The notes under the pieces were generated by a model. That model did no database searches, was not told the origin of the DNA, and saw only the letters and a program-made list of their open reading frames with translations. A stretch of 58,482 nt of DNA from Candidatus Collierbacteria bacterium (GTDB lineage Bacteria > Patescibacteriota > Microgenomatia > UBA1400 > JACPES01). A program made the position numbers and the translations under genes. How positions within the stretch are numbered: position 1 is the first letter of the stretch; the number at the start of each line of letters is the position of its first letter. Below are positions 45,801 to 53,479 of this stretch, piece by piece. The stretch is from contig JACRNH010000007.1 of NCBI GenBank assembly GCA_016219325.1, forward strand, positions 1 through 58,482, written 5' to 3'.

Positions 45801-46614
45801 TCAGGCATTTTCCAGCTCCAGATTTTGCGAACACGACCATGTTGGCATTCTCTCTGGAAAAGCGGTCAAACACAACCAGGCTGTCATTATGCTCGTTGAT
45901 TCCGTATAAAATTCCTTCATTGGCCGAAAGCTCACTTGAGGTAAACGGAAAAGTTGTTGCCAGAGAAGTGGTGTCCATATTCCTGGTGATATTCAAAAAG
46001 TCCTGTCCCAAGGGTTGAGTGGTTTTGAAGGCCTGCTCCATTACAAATGACGCCGGTTTGGCGATAATTAATAGCGACCCCAGCGTGGATTGAATTTGTT
46101 TGGTAATATGATTTAATTCTTCTTCGTTGTCCGCCCCGATAGTTACGTATAGGCCAAACTGATAGAAGCGCTCCGAGCCTTTTGCCAATTGTTCCTGCAG
46201 GGCTTTGGCGTCTTCGAGCTTAACTTGAGTATCAATATTGGCAATCCGGCCCCGTTGCATATCGGAGTTTATCTCGGCTTCCATTTCTGTAATTTTCCGG
46301 CGCAGGTTTTCCAAAACTCCTTTGCCTTCAACCGGGTAAATAAACATTGAGACATCCAGCGAATGGTCAAAGTTGATAAGCGGCGACAGCCAGTTGGCGG
46401 CCACAAACCGCGGATATCCGGCCACAAACAGAGTCCTAACCAAGCGGTTGCCGATTTTGAGATTGGTAAAATCTACTTCAATCGCGTCCGGGGCCAAGAT
46501 GTCCTGGATAGTGGTAATTCCCTGGGCAAACTGGGTAACCGGTGAAAATTCCTTGGATTTTGGATCCTCGGACTTCTTTGGTTTAAACGGATTCACTAAA
46601 AACGGGATGTTCAT
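42796..46614 (-). CDS. virB4: VirB4/TraC/TrsE-family T4SS ATPase precursor containing an intein
   Basis: Walker A FAKSGAGK is interrupted at aa 270. After aa 850 come SYFVKLEAL..., Walker B RLLIVDEAWY, ARKYYLGLTTITQ and the C-terminal VirB4 pattern. Extein length is 691 aa. Confidence 0.85.
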   Translation of the reverse strand: MNIPFLVNPFKPKKSEDPKSKEFSPVTQFAQGITTIQDILAPDAIEVDFTNLKIGNRLVRTLFVAGYPRFVAANWLSPLINFDHSLDVSMFIYPVEGKGVLENLRRKITEMEAEINSDMQRGRIANIDTQVKLEDAKALQEQLAKGSERFYQFGLYVTIGADNEEELNHITKQIQSTLGSLLIIAKPASFVMEQAFKTTQPLGQDFLNITRNMDTTSLATTFPFTSSELSANEGILYGINEHNDSLVVFDRFSRENANMVVFAKSGAGKCLMYQSKVIVRHNTGEVKICEIGQLINNLMSQKKVVTFSNESDGVVNPKLQVLTYDQNQKPIWANVEIAARKTFNKRRKIYKISTKSGREITVTPDHQMIIMRNGKIRTIRAEAVAAGECVPLPRFIPKPASNFSLSQEYLTLLGLITSEGLIYQKFVRIFNTDPAVLSIIKDSFNALKIKHYLLRSGGKRIGISSGKDFATKVIADGAGGKSGEKRIPPRIFSLSNDQIAQYLRAYYEGDGGVENHEVAATTKSKDLASDMAYILLRFGIIARIHSKRKAAINTKKQTKNTYFQITISGKDQIQKFADKIGFLTKTKNQKLAFLLQRTGNGNTNVDTVPGLQPIFKHLSKSIYPTSEIKTPQVIIDIKNGNYNPSRKQLLHAISLCEIRLNQLRSLAPYIKLLRELPSVSRLVRLGSKSKQFNRLLWEKLGDSWRNIKRFLHPPLTQNALFVYQTVSGKTLTASLLSSVLYEAFKQQGQSMRQYDKSLWNAVVLEKSKNPKYQTLFKAARYISQKYRSTQLKIRHAKEKLSQLKLLANSNLFWDPIVSVEKIKHHEKYVYDLQVDNGVFLAGHGGMFVHNSYFVKLEALRSLMFDTEVIVIDPEDEYHRMSDAVNGQYIDFSFASTAKINPFDLPSYARGSSGVASENELSQKLLSLHALMKIMLGTMDASQEAILDRALIAAYKANGISPNPETFNNEPPLLEDLYKALAGMETPEAANLAARLEKFVKGSFRGLVDQKTNVNLTADFIVFGIKNLEDELRPVAMFMILDFIWTKVKSQLKRRLLIVDEAWYLMKNQDSALFLYSMAKRARKYYLGLTTITQDVEDFLHSDYGKAIVTNSSIQILMKQSAAAVDSLQEAFYLSAGEKQLLMASEIGEGLFFAGQNHVAIKVIASPEEHKLITSKPQEILDIKAGMDTGEQKISPESNYWKPQKSVESEPLALNEIEVDVNKAQKVESREQKAENKKQETENNEKPLVPGAAVQPSIEFTSIFETKPKINNE
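44065..45807 (-). mobile_element. 581-aa intein with a LAGLIDADG homing-endonuclease domain, inserted in the VirB4 P-loop
   Basis: Starts with Cys (GAGK|CLMYQSKVIV). Block B is TVTPDHQM. LAGLIDADG motifs are LLGLITSEG and YLRAYYEGDGG. Ends ...GMFVHN|S, with Ser as the +1 extein residue. Excision restores GKSGAGKS. Confidence 0.85.
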
Positions 46615-46645
46615 TGTTTCTTGTTCATTGTTTCTTGCTCATTGG
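46610..46645. repeat. Tandem 14-nt repeat TTCATTGTTTCTTG x2 plus a partial unit, at the junction of two T4SS genes
   Basis: Read directly. Encodes the NEQETMNKKQ tail of the upstream ORF and carries the virB4 start codon. Confidence 0.85.
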
Positions 46646-47315
46646 TTTTTATAATCGGTTCTACCAAAGGAGCGGTTAAGTTGACGGTGTCGATCTCCGG
46701 GGCGGCGTAGCCTGGATTATAAGTTCGGTATAAAAGAGATAATAGTTCTTTATTGGTTAATTGTCTCGCGGTCAGGCCGATTCTCTCCAACTGTTTGACG
46801 ACGTGATCTCTTTTTGGGCCTAAGGAAACCTGGGCCTTTTTAACGATTTCAGTTAGCGGAGCAGGGAGCCGGTTTTGATTGGCAACAGCCAGCCCCAGAG
46901 ATTTAACAGAACCTAGCTCCAGCGACGAGAAGGGCAATATTATATAAAACTTTTTATCCAAAACATTTCGGCGTTGGACGGTATCGGCCACAAATTGGCG
47001 GTAAGACTCAATCCATGACCGCTTGGTCGGAGACATTTGTTTTTTAGCGGCCGCCGCCAGCAACCCTAAATACGCGCTGATGTCTTTTCTTTCGGAGCGG
47101 ATTAAAATTTGAACCGGGAAATTCAGTGAATTGAGGAGGGCGGCGTAAGCGTAAATAATCGCGTCCTGCTCCTCCTGCGACAGTAGGCCGAAATTTACCG
47201 CCGAAGTTTCAATCACCATGGCGGCGGAACCGTTTTTCAATATAACCAGATTTTCCAGGATATCATGAATTGGAAGATGGTCTTGAGTGGTAGAAAGGAT
47301 TGGTTGGACAGACAT
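46611..47315 (-). CDS. T4SS-associated protein resembling the N-terminal region of VirB4/TraC
   Basis: LPIHDILENLVILKNGSAAMVIETSAVNFGLLSQEEQDAIIYAYAALLNSLNFPVQILI matches the pattern at the N-terminus of Gram-positive VirB4-like ATPases. No P-loop. Start trimmed to the ATG at 47315. Confidence 0.45.
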   Translation of the reverse strand: MSVQPILSTTQDHLPIHDILENLVILKNGSAAMVIETSAVNFGLLSQEEQDAIIYAYAALLNSLNFPVQILIRSERKDISAYLGLLAAAAKKQMSPTKRSWIESYRQFVADTVQRRNVLDKKFYIILPFSSLELGSVKSLGLAVANQNRLPAPLTEIVKKAQVSLGPKRDHVVKQLERIGLTARQLTNKELLSLLYRTYNPGYAAPEIDTVNLTAPLVEPIIKTNEQETMNKKQ

Positions 47316-47320
47316 TTTAT

Positions 47321-47397
47321 AATGAGTAATGAGTAGGAAGTAGAAAGTAATGAAATTATTTTGCATTACTCATTATTTTCTACTCATTGTTTTCTGT
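47321..47397. repeat. Imperfect hairpin of the GAGTAATGA / GTAGAAAGTA word family
   Basis: AATGAGTAATGAGTAGGAAGTAGAAAGTAATGA - loop - ATTACTCATTATTTTCTACTCATTGTTTTCTG. Lies between the PrgI-like and 234-aa genes. Confidence 0.8.
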
Positions 47398-48516
47398 TTT
47401 TTTAGCTCGGATTTCAATCGGCGGAATTACAAACCCTCCGGCTTCAATTTTAAGTATATCAAAGGTAAGGTTGTCTTTTTCCGTAATAACCTCATAGCTT
47501 CCGTTTTCAAGAGGAGTGGCGATGGCAAAATGGCCGAGTTTGTTAGATTTTACGGCTCTGACGGGCAAATGATCACTAAGTCTTCTGATTTCAATAATCG
47601 CTCCGTCGGCTATTTGTCCGTCTGCGGCGACTACTATTCCGGCTAAAATATTCGGGGAAGTGGGAGCCGACGGCAAAATTAAAGATTGCATAACGGTGGC
47701 GGAGATTGCGCCTGCTCCGGACTTACTCTCTTGAGTATTGAAGGCGGGGAGTTTAATTGAAGACAACCCAAGCCTTTCTAGTTGAGCCGATTCCTCTTTA
47801 AATTTCTTTTCTGTCGTTGGAGCAATAGGAACGTCTCCGATCGCCACGGGTTGATTTTTGGGAATTTGGAGGTGGTGGGGGGGGAGAGTAATTTCCCCGC
47901 GCAGAACAGCTTCCGGATCATCAGGAGGATCTAAAGGATGAAGTACGGGAATTAAATCAGAAAGATGATGTCCGGAATCCACCGGCCTAATTTGGGGAAA
48001 AGTTGTTTGATTAATTATTTGCTGGGATACGGTTACTTCAGAAAACATTTGCGGTACAGCCGCCATTTTTTTATCCCAATCAGACAACAATGGATCTTCA
48101 GCAGTTTCTTCAGCGATTTTATAGGCTGAAAGTAAAGATTCTAATTTTGCGGTGGGCATCTTTATTGCCGAGTCTAAAACCGATTTTGATTCCGTTGGTT
48201 TGGCCTGAAAACTTAAAATGTCATCGCGGGAAGTTTTTTTCCACACAAAAATAGTCGGGCGGTAAATCGCCCGGAAAAAAGCGATGAACCACTGGTCCAA
48301 AGGTCGGTCCTCCAAAGGCATAAACGCCAGGCCGAAACCCAGCATGACTGCCAAAATTATCAGAGGCCAGCGGATAAAAGCGGGAAGATCCATTCCCCAA
48401 ATCAGCCAGCCGGCCACGACTCCGCCGGCCAATTCAAGGAATTGTTTTAGGGTCATATCGCCGACCAGGCGGAATTGATAACTAGTTACATTCTGTGGTA
48501 TTGGATGCTCAATCAC
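47380..48516 (-). CDS. PrgI-family (VirB3-analogue) membrane protein with an extracellular beta-sandwich C-terminal region
   Basis: IPQNVTSYQFRLVGDMTLKQFLELAGGVVAG...two TM...MPLEDRPLDQWFIAFFRAIYRP fits the PrgI family layout. The C-terminus GIVVAADGQIADGAIIEI...SNKLGHFAI...ENGSYEV looks CarboxypepD_reg-like. Confidence 0.6.
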   Translation of the reverse strand: MIEHPIPQNVTSYQFRLVGDMTLKQFLELAGGVVAGWLIWGMDLPAFIRWPLIILAVMLGFGLAFMPLEDRPLDQWFIAFFRAIYRPTIFVWKKTSRDDILSFQAKPTESKSVLDSAIKMPTAKLESLLSAYKIAEETAEDPLLSDWDKKMAAVPQMFSEVTVSQQIINQTTFPQIRPVDSGHHLSDLIPVLHPLDPPDDPEAVLRGEITLPPHHLQIPKNQPVAIGDVPIAPTTEKKFKEESAQLERLGLSSIKLPAFNTQESKSGAGAISATVMQSLILPSAPTSPNILAGIVVAADGQIADGAIIEIRRLSDHLPVRAVKSNKLGHFAIATPLENGSYEVITEKDNLTFDILKIEAGGFVIPPIEIRAKKTENNE

Positions 48517-48657
48517 GGTAATTCCTTTCTTTGTCGGATTGTCCTGCGAAGCAGGATCTGGCTCTGCCAGAGATGTTCAATCATTCAATCTAATTTTATA
48601 CTGGAAAAGAGGGAGGGGCAAGGTCGGCGAATATTACGTTTTACGGTTGGCGGTTGG

Positions 48658-48686
48658 TTGACTTTTGTATGACATTGTTATACGAT
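48658..48686 (+). promoter_or_regulatory. Sigma70-type promoter TTGACT-N17-TACGAT, 8 nt before the ATG
   Basis: -35 at 48658-48663, -10 at 48681-48686, ATG at 48695. Confidence 0.45.
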
Positions 48687-48694
48687 TGAAAAGA

Positions 48695-48964
48695 ATGACT
48701 TTTGTTGTCAAAGAAGTTGTTTGGGACGATTTTAATATCGCGCACATTGGAGAGTACGATGTTAGCGTTGATGAAGTAGAGGAGGTTTGCAACGGAAAAG
48801 TTGAGGCATATTTGGGCCACTCGGATCGGTTTATGATTATCGGCAAAACTGTGGCCGGTAGGATTTTATCAATCGTATTGGCGCAAAAATCAAAAGGGGT
48901 AGTTTATCCGGTAACCGCCAGAGATGCCAGCCGGAAAGAAAGGGGGTGGATTAAAAATGACTAA
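48695..48964 (+). CDS. BrnT-like (DUF497) toxin
   Basis: VVWDDFNIAHIGEYDVSVDEVEEV...RILSIVL...VYPVTARDASRKER fits the DUF497 pattern. Start trimmed to the ATG at 48695. Confidence 0.6.
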   Translation: MTFVVKEVVWDDFNIAHIGEYDVSVDEVEEVCNGKVEAYLGHSDRFMIIGKTVAGRILSIVLAQKSKGVVYPVTARDASRKERGWIKND

Positions 48965-49217
48965 AAAACATTTACCAAAATTTAAATCTAACCAAGAAGA
49001 AGCCCGATTTTGGGACAGTCATGACATGACCGATTATTTTGACCGGAACAAAAAAGTAGTGCTGGATTTTTCCGGCGCCAAAAAAAAGAAAGAGAGTATT
49101 TTAACCGTCAGATTACAGCCGGAGATAAAAATGAGGCTGGGGGCGGTAGCGGAAGAAATGGGAATTCAGACCTCAACTTTGGCCAGAATGTGGTTGGTGG
49201 AGAAATTGAGAGGTTAG
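48957..49217 (+). CDS. BrnA-like CopG/RHH antitoxin
   Basis: FKSNQEEARFWDSHDMTDYFD...ILTVRLQPEIKMRLGAVAEEMGIQTSTLARMWLVEKL. GGGGGTGG SD-like motif upstream. Overlaps the toxin stop by 8 nt. Confidence 0.6.
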   Translation: MTKKHLPKFKSNQEEARFWDSHDMTDYFDRNKKVVLDFSGAKKKKESILTVRLQPEIKMRLGAVAEEMGIQTSTLARMWLVEKLRG

Positions 49218-49366
49218 TTGGCAAAGCGGCATTTTATCGCCCTCGGGACGCATGGACAATTGTATTTCAGACCTCAACTTTGGCCAGAATGTGGTTGGTG
49301 GAGAAATTGAGAGGTTAGTTGGCAAAGCGGCATTTTATCGCCCTCGGGACGCATGGACAATTGTAT
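49165..49366 (+). repeat. Perfect tandem duplication of a 101-bp unit
   Basis: 49165-49265 is identical by eye to 49266-49366. The unit comprises the last 53 nt of brnA plus 48 nt downstream. Confidence 0.9.
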
Positions 49367-49378
49367 TAATGATTTTTG

Positions 49379-50425
49379 TTATTGTGCTGAATCAGCGAGA
49401 GCTGGAAGATAGAGCAGGGCAGAGACATTTTTACCATTACGAAATTGAGCGTGTCCGGTTAGAATAAAAATCGGCTGGAGGAATAATTGATTTTGAGAAA
49501 ACTCCTGATAATAGCCAATACTAGCACCTTCAACTACAATTTTATTGATTTCGTTTTCGCCCAACGAGGACAAATCAATATTTCCGTTATCTAAAGATAA
49601 AACTTTTGCATCTTTAAGACTGATTAAAAGTGTAGAGAAGGTTTTTAATTGACGCTCTCCTTCTATTTCAAGAATATTGGTTTGGTCAATATACGCCGAG
49701 ACAACAGAATTCTCTCTATTCAGCGTTACATTAATAGTCCCAACATCAGGAGTGGCGTTGACGACAGGGTATTGGCTTAATATTTCTTTAAAACGGATCT
49801 CAGCCACGCCTGCGTTTTCTTTCTCAGCCTCAATCAGCCCTTCTTCTACCATATTCAGATAACGGACCTGAGAAGAAGAGGAGATCTCTTCTGTTATTAA
49901 TCCGGTTCCGACAAGAAAACGTTTTGCCTTAGAAACAATTTCCTGTTCGCTTTTAAACGGACCTTTTCTTGTTTCTGGTTGAGATTGAGCTCTTTTATAG
50001 TCAATAATGCGGAGATTGGCAACAATTCTTAGATTTCCTATTTTGGTGTCTGACCAAATGTAAACTGGACCAAACCTAACGTCGTTAAGCGATTGCGGAT
50101 CATCGGAAAATCCGAAGAAGAAAGCAATTTTCACGCTCTCCTCAAGAGATAGGTTTGATTGACCAAGAGAATAAACAGGGAGCGAGGCCGGGATATTAAT
50201 ATCGCTTTTCTTTAATAAGGCCTCGATATTCAGTGATCCTTTGCTGTAATTTGACTCTATTATTGGTTTATGGACAGGCGGTTTCTGAAAAGAAGGTCTT
50301 TTTTGAAACGCTTTATTTAATATCAGCATTACGATAGTTATTCCAAGAGCTGCGATAACAACGATAGTAAGAGTTCTCTTTTTGGACATTTGTATTAATG
50401 TACTCATGGGATATTGATATTGCAA
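49379..50425 (-). CDS. Membrane-anchored secreted protein of the T4SS-like cluster
   Basis: 348-aa ORF with an N-terminal TM (RTLTIVVIAALGITIVMLIL). The likely true start is an internal ATG near 50389. No recognised motif. Confidence 0.5.
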   Translation of the reverse strand: MQYQYPMSTLIQMSKKRTLTIVVIAALGITIVMLILNKAFQKRPSFQKPPVHKPIIESNYSKGSLNIEALLKKSDINIPASLPVYSLGQSNLSLEESVKIAFFFGFSDDPQSLNDVRFGPVYIWSDTKIGNLRIVANLRIIDYKRAQSQPETRKGPFKSEQEIVSKAKRFLVGTGLITEEISSSSQVRYLNMVEEGLIEAEKENAGVAEIRFKEILSQYPVVNATPDVGTINVTLNRENSVVSAYIDQTNILEIEGERQLKTFSTLLISLKDAKVLSLDNGNIDLSSLGENEINKIVVEGASIGYYQEFSQNQLFLQPIFILTGHAQFRNGKNVSALLYLPALADSAQ

Positions 50426-53403
50426 TTACCAACACAGCCAATAGGAACAGTTATTGGGATATATGGTTTTATCATATGTGGCGGAGGATCTTGTCTGGAC
50501 TTGTAATTGCCACCAACATCTCTAAATTCATAATGAAGATGAGGACCAGAGCTTCTTCCTGTCGATCCGACAACGCCAATAACGTCGCCGCCTTTTACCG
50601 ATTGTCCTTCTGCAACAGATAAGACAGACATATGAACATAAACTGTTCGGAAGTTTCCACCGCAGCTATCTTTAATATGAACATAATTTGCGCCGTATCC
50701 GTCGACTCTCGCTTCGATAACTGTTCCCGGATGGGTTGCAATTACAACATTGTTTGACGTTACTGTCCCGGGAGGAGTGATGTCTAAAGCTTCTACATAA
50801 GGGCATTTGGCATTTGGGTCGTTGGCGGTCGGACAATTCGCGGGCTGGCTAGGGAGCGATGGGCCGTGAGTTGCCCATCCTCCCGGCCCTTGGGCGATAT
50901 AATATTTTTGCCCTCTTGAAATGTCGACAGGCCAGGCTTCCGCAGGACAACCCTGTAAAGAAATTCCACCAAATGGAGCATTTTCAGTCGGCACAAATAG
51001 TCCGGCGTTGGTGGTGGGCTGGACGAAAAAGACAGTGATAATTGCGCCTAAGGTGATGCCGGCAATTCCTGTGGCCGCAATTGTTGAACCAAGTCCGCCG
51101 ATTAAGCCGGGCGCTCCGAGAAGTGCGGCCATGTTTCCCAGCCCCAGCGCTCCTGATCCCAAAGCCGATCCGGCCCCCGCCAAAACATTTCCCAGCCCTC
51201 CGGCAGCTTGAATTCCAAGTCCGGTGGCAAACCCCAAACCGGCACCGATTGCTGTTCCGGCTCCGGGAAGGATTAATGTTCCGATCAGAGCTCCGCCGCC
51301 GGTGGAAAATGCCAGCCCTCCGAATTGGCCCAGAAGCCCAAATAATCCGGACAGCAAAGTTTGGCCAAAAAAGAATCCGCCGGCCAGAGCGGTGCCGATT
51401 CCTTCGCGGTTATTCCAGACAAACTGGCCGATGTCTCCAAGAATTGAAAGAGCGGTTATTACTCCGGCAACTTGGCCAACGACAGGAGCTGCTTGGGCTA
51501 TTAATGCGGCCGCGCCTTTGCCGACTGCCATCAAGCCTAGTTTTGTGGCCGCTTTGACGACGCCTTTTTTAGCCAACCAAGCTCCGGCTTTGGCCAAACC
51601 GGATTTAATTTGAGTTCCGGCCCAAGTTTTGGCATTATTAAATCCTGCGGATATAGCCGTTCCGACTGCTTTGAAAGGGCTGGCGGCGGCATTGCCTAAC
51701 TTTCCAAAACCTCCTCCGACAGTAGAAAAGAAATTAAAAATTGAATTAACGGCTTCCGATTGGACTCTTAATCCGGAAAACACGGCTTGAGCCGACGAAA
51801 ATATCCGGTTGACCGGCGGCAGGCGGTTTAAGTTATAGCGGACGGCTTTACCAATGTCTAAGGTCTGAATTATTGACCGCCAACTGTTTTGTAAGCCAAG
51901 ATTGATGGCGCGGAATTTTTCGCCGGACGATTGCATCTGATTTAATCCTGATTGAGCCGCGCCCAATTCTCTGTAGATAGGATTGTCAGGCGGAAGCGGC
52001 GGTTGAATCGGGATCCCGAAAATGGGTTTTCCGTTGGCCAGACTATTTAAATGCGCCTCAAGACTTTTTGGCGTGACTCCAGCCAATAACATTGTTACAT
52101 AATCGGGCGGTTGGCCTAATTGTTGAGATAGCCTGATTGTCAGGGCGGCGGCGTCTCCGGTTGAGAGTTTGTTGGCGCGGATGGCCGCGGACAATCTGAA
52201 AGGGAAAAGACCAGGATTTATCCGGGCCAGATTGATTAGAGAATTCTCGTCTATGGTTTCAGAAATTGAAGGATGATCAGAACTTTTGGCAAGAGTTAAA
52301 ATTGCAGGCCTAATGCCGTCTATTATTTCCTGCTCGGTTTCCGGAGTTGCTCCGCGGAGTACTTGTCTTAAAATCCGCAATTGTTGGTCAGGCCGGTCGT
52401 GGTATTTGGCCAAGGCTTCAGCCAGGCGCGGAGTTTGTTTTGTCTTCAGTGTTTGGCCATGTTTGGCTAAGGCGGCCTCGATTTCACCTTTGACGATATT
52501 TTCAGCGACATTTCTGTTTCTGGGAGAAGTTTTTTGTTCGGCTTGAAACGCTTTGGCGGCCGGATCGACTGTTTTGGCGGTTTCGTCGGCCAGATTTTTA
52601 GCGTCAGCCATGGCGTTTTTCCGGTCGGCCTTGGGAGTTTTTGCTAAAGCCACCGCCAAATTGCGGTCGCTTTTTAGATTTTTTTCCAATTGAGCGGAAA
52701 AATAGATGGCGGCATGAGACGGGTCGGCTATGCCGAGTTGATTGAGGGCTAAGGCCGTAATGGATTGATTGACAGCCAAATCAATTCTTTGAGCCAGAAA
52801 GCGGTTGACGGCTTCTTTCCCATAAATAGTTTGCAGGTCGCGGATATATGATGAATTGGTTAAAGTTGTAAATAAGCTTTTGGAAACGTTAACCCTCAAC
52901 AGTTGGGTGCGAATGCTGATTTCTTGGATTTGTTTGATTTGGGCTGCGAGTTGCATCGGCCGGCCAAGTTCTTGTTTTAATTTTTTAGTGGTTTTGGCTT
53001 GGGCCTCCAGTATGTCTTGGAGTTCCTGAAGCTTAGCCTTGGTCGGGACCACCGCGTCCATTGATTTTTCGGCTGGAGGAGGAGCCATTACAGCTTCCAG
53101 GCTCTTGCCCAATGTTTCAAGATGTTCTATTTTTAAGACGGATAAATCAGCAAAAAGTCCGTCGTCAAGAGGATTGTTTAATGCCCGGTTAAATTGGGAT
53201 AAATCCGCCAGCAATTGTTTAAAAAAAATAATTTGGCCGGCAACCGTAATTTGGGCGGTTAAATCCGGCCGGGGGGATTGAGCTAATATCTTTTTTAAGG
53301 CCTCAATTTCAGCTTTAACAGTTAATGGTTCAAACCAATCTCCAGAGCTTAATATCTGTCTGGCCGCGGCTAGCGCCTCCTGATCCGTTACGGTGGTTGC
53401 CAT
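50404..53403 (-). CDS. Large T4SS-associated membrane protein with a C-terminal M23/LytM-like peptidase domain
   Basis: 999 aa. About 550 aa of helical N-terminus, then a Gly/Ala-rich multi-TM block (aa about 560-790), then C-terminal GDVIGVVGSTGRSSGPHLHYEF (M23 HxH motif). The first HxxxD motif is not obvious. Confidence 0.65.
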   Translation of the reverse strand: MATTVTDQEALAAARQILSSGDWFEPLTVKAEIEALKKILAQSPRPDLTAQITVAGQIIFFKQLLADLSQFNRALNNPLDDGLFADLSVLKIEHLETLGKSLEAVMAPPPAEKSMDAVVPTKAKLQELQDILEAQAKTTKKLKQELGRPMQLAAQIKQIQEISIRTQLLRVNVSKSLFTTLTNSSYIRDLQTIYGKEAVNRFLAQRIDLAVNQSITALALNQLGIADPSHAAIYFSAQLEKNLKSDRNLAVALAKTPKADRKNAMADAKNLADETAKTVDPAAKAFQAEQKTSPRNRNVAENIVKGEIEAALAKHGQTLKTKQTPRLAEALAKYHDRPDQQLRILRQVLRGATPETEQEIIDGIRPAILTLAKSSDHPSISETIDENSLINLARINPGLFPFRLSAAIRANKLSTGDAAALTIRLSQQLGQPPDYVTMLLAGVTPKSLEAHLNSLANGKPIFGIPIQPPLPPDNPIYRELGAAQSGLNQMQSSGEKFRAINLGLQNSWRSIIQTLDIGKAVRYNLNRLPPVNRIFSSAQAVFSGLRVQSEAVNSIFNFFSTVGGGFGKLGNAAASPFKAVGTAISAGFNNAKTWAGTQIKSGLAKAGAWLAKKGVVKAATKLGLMAVGKGAAALIAQAAPVVGQVAGVITALSILGDIGQFVWNNREGIGTALAGGFFFGQTLLSGLFGLLGQFGGLAFSTGGGALIGTLILPGAGTAIGAGLGFATGLGIQAAGGLGNVLAGAGSALGSGALGLGNMAALLGAPGLIGGLGSTIAATGIAGITLGAIITVFFVQPTTNAGLFVPTENAPFGGISLQGCPAEAWPVDISRGQKYYIAQGPGGWATHGPSLPSQPANCPTANDPNAKCPYVEALDITPPGTVTSNNVVIATHPGTVIEARVDGYGANYVHIKDSCGGNFRTVYVHMSVLSVAEGQSVKGGDVIGVVGSTGRSSGPHLHYEFRDVGGNYKSRQDPPPHMIKPYIPITVPIGCVGNCNINIP

Positions 53404-53442
53404 ACGATTATCTTAGCATTTACCTCCCAGATTATCTGAATC

Positions 53443-53479
53443 TTGATTTAGTGCATAGTGCACTGTATACTATGCACTA
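53443..53479 (+). promoter_or_regulatory. Promoter TTGATT-N17-TATACT with an embedded 11-bp inverted repeat (putative operator)
   Basis: -35 at 53443-53448, -10 at 53466-53471, ATG at 53479 (7 nt after the -10). The inverted repeat TAGTGCATAGT (53449-53459) / ACTATGCACTA (53469-53479) brackets the -10. Confidence 0.55.

Noticed and set aside
49252-49467. 71-aa ORF downstream of brnA
   Set aside because: It is created by the second copy of the 101-bp tandem duplication and overlaps the convergent 348-aa gene. No independent support.
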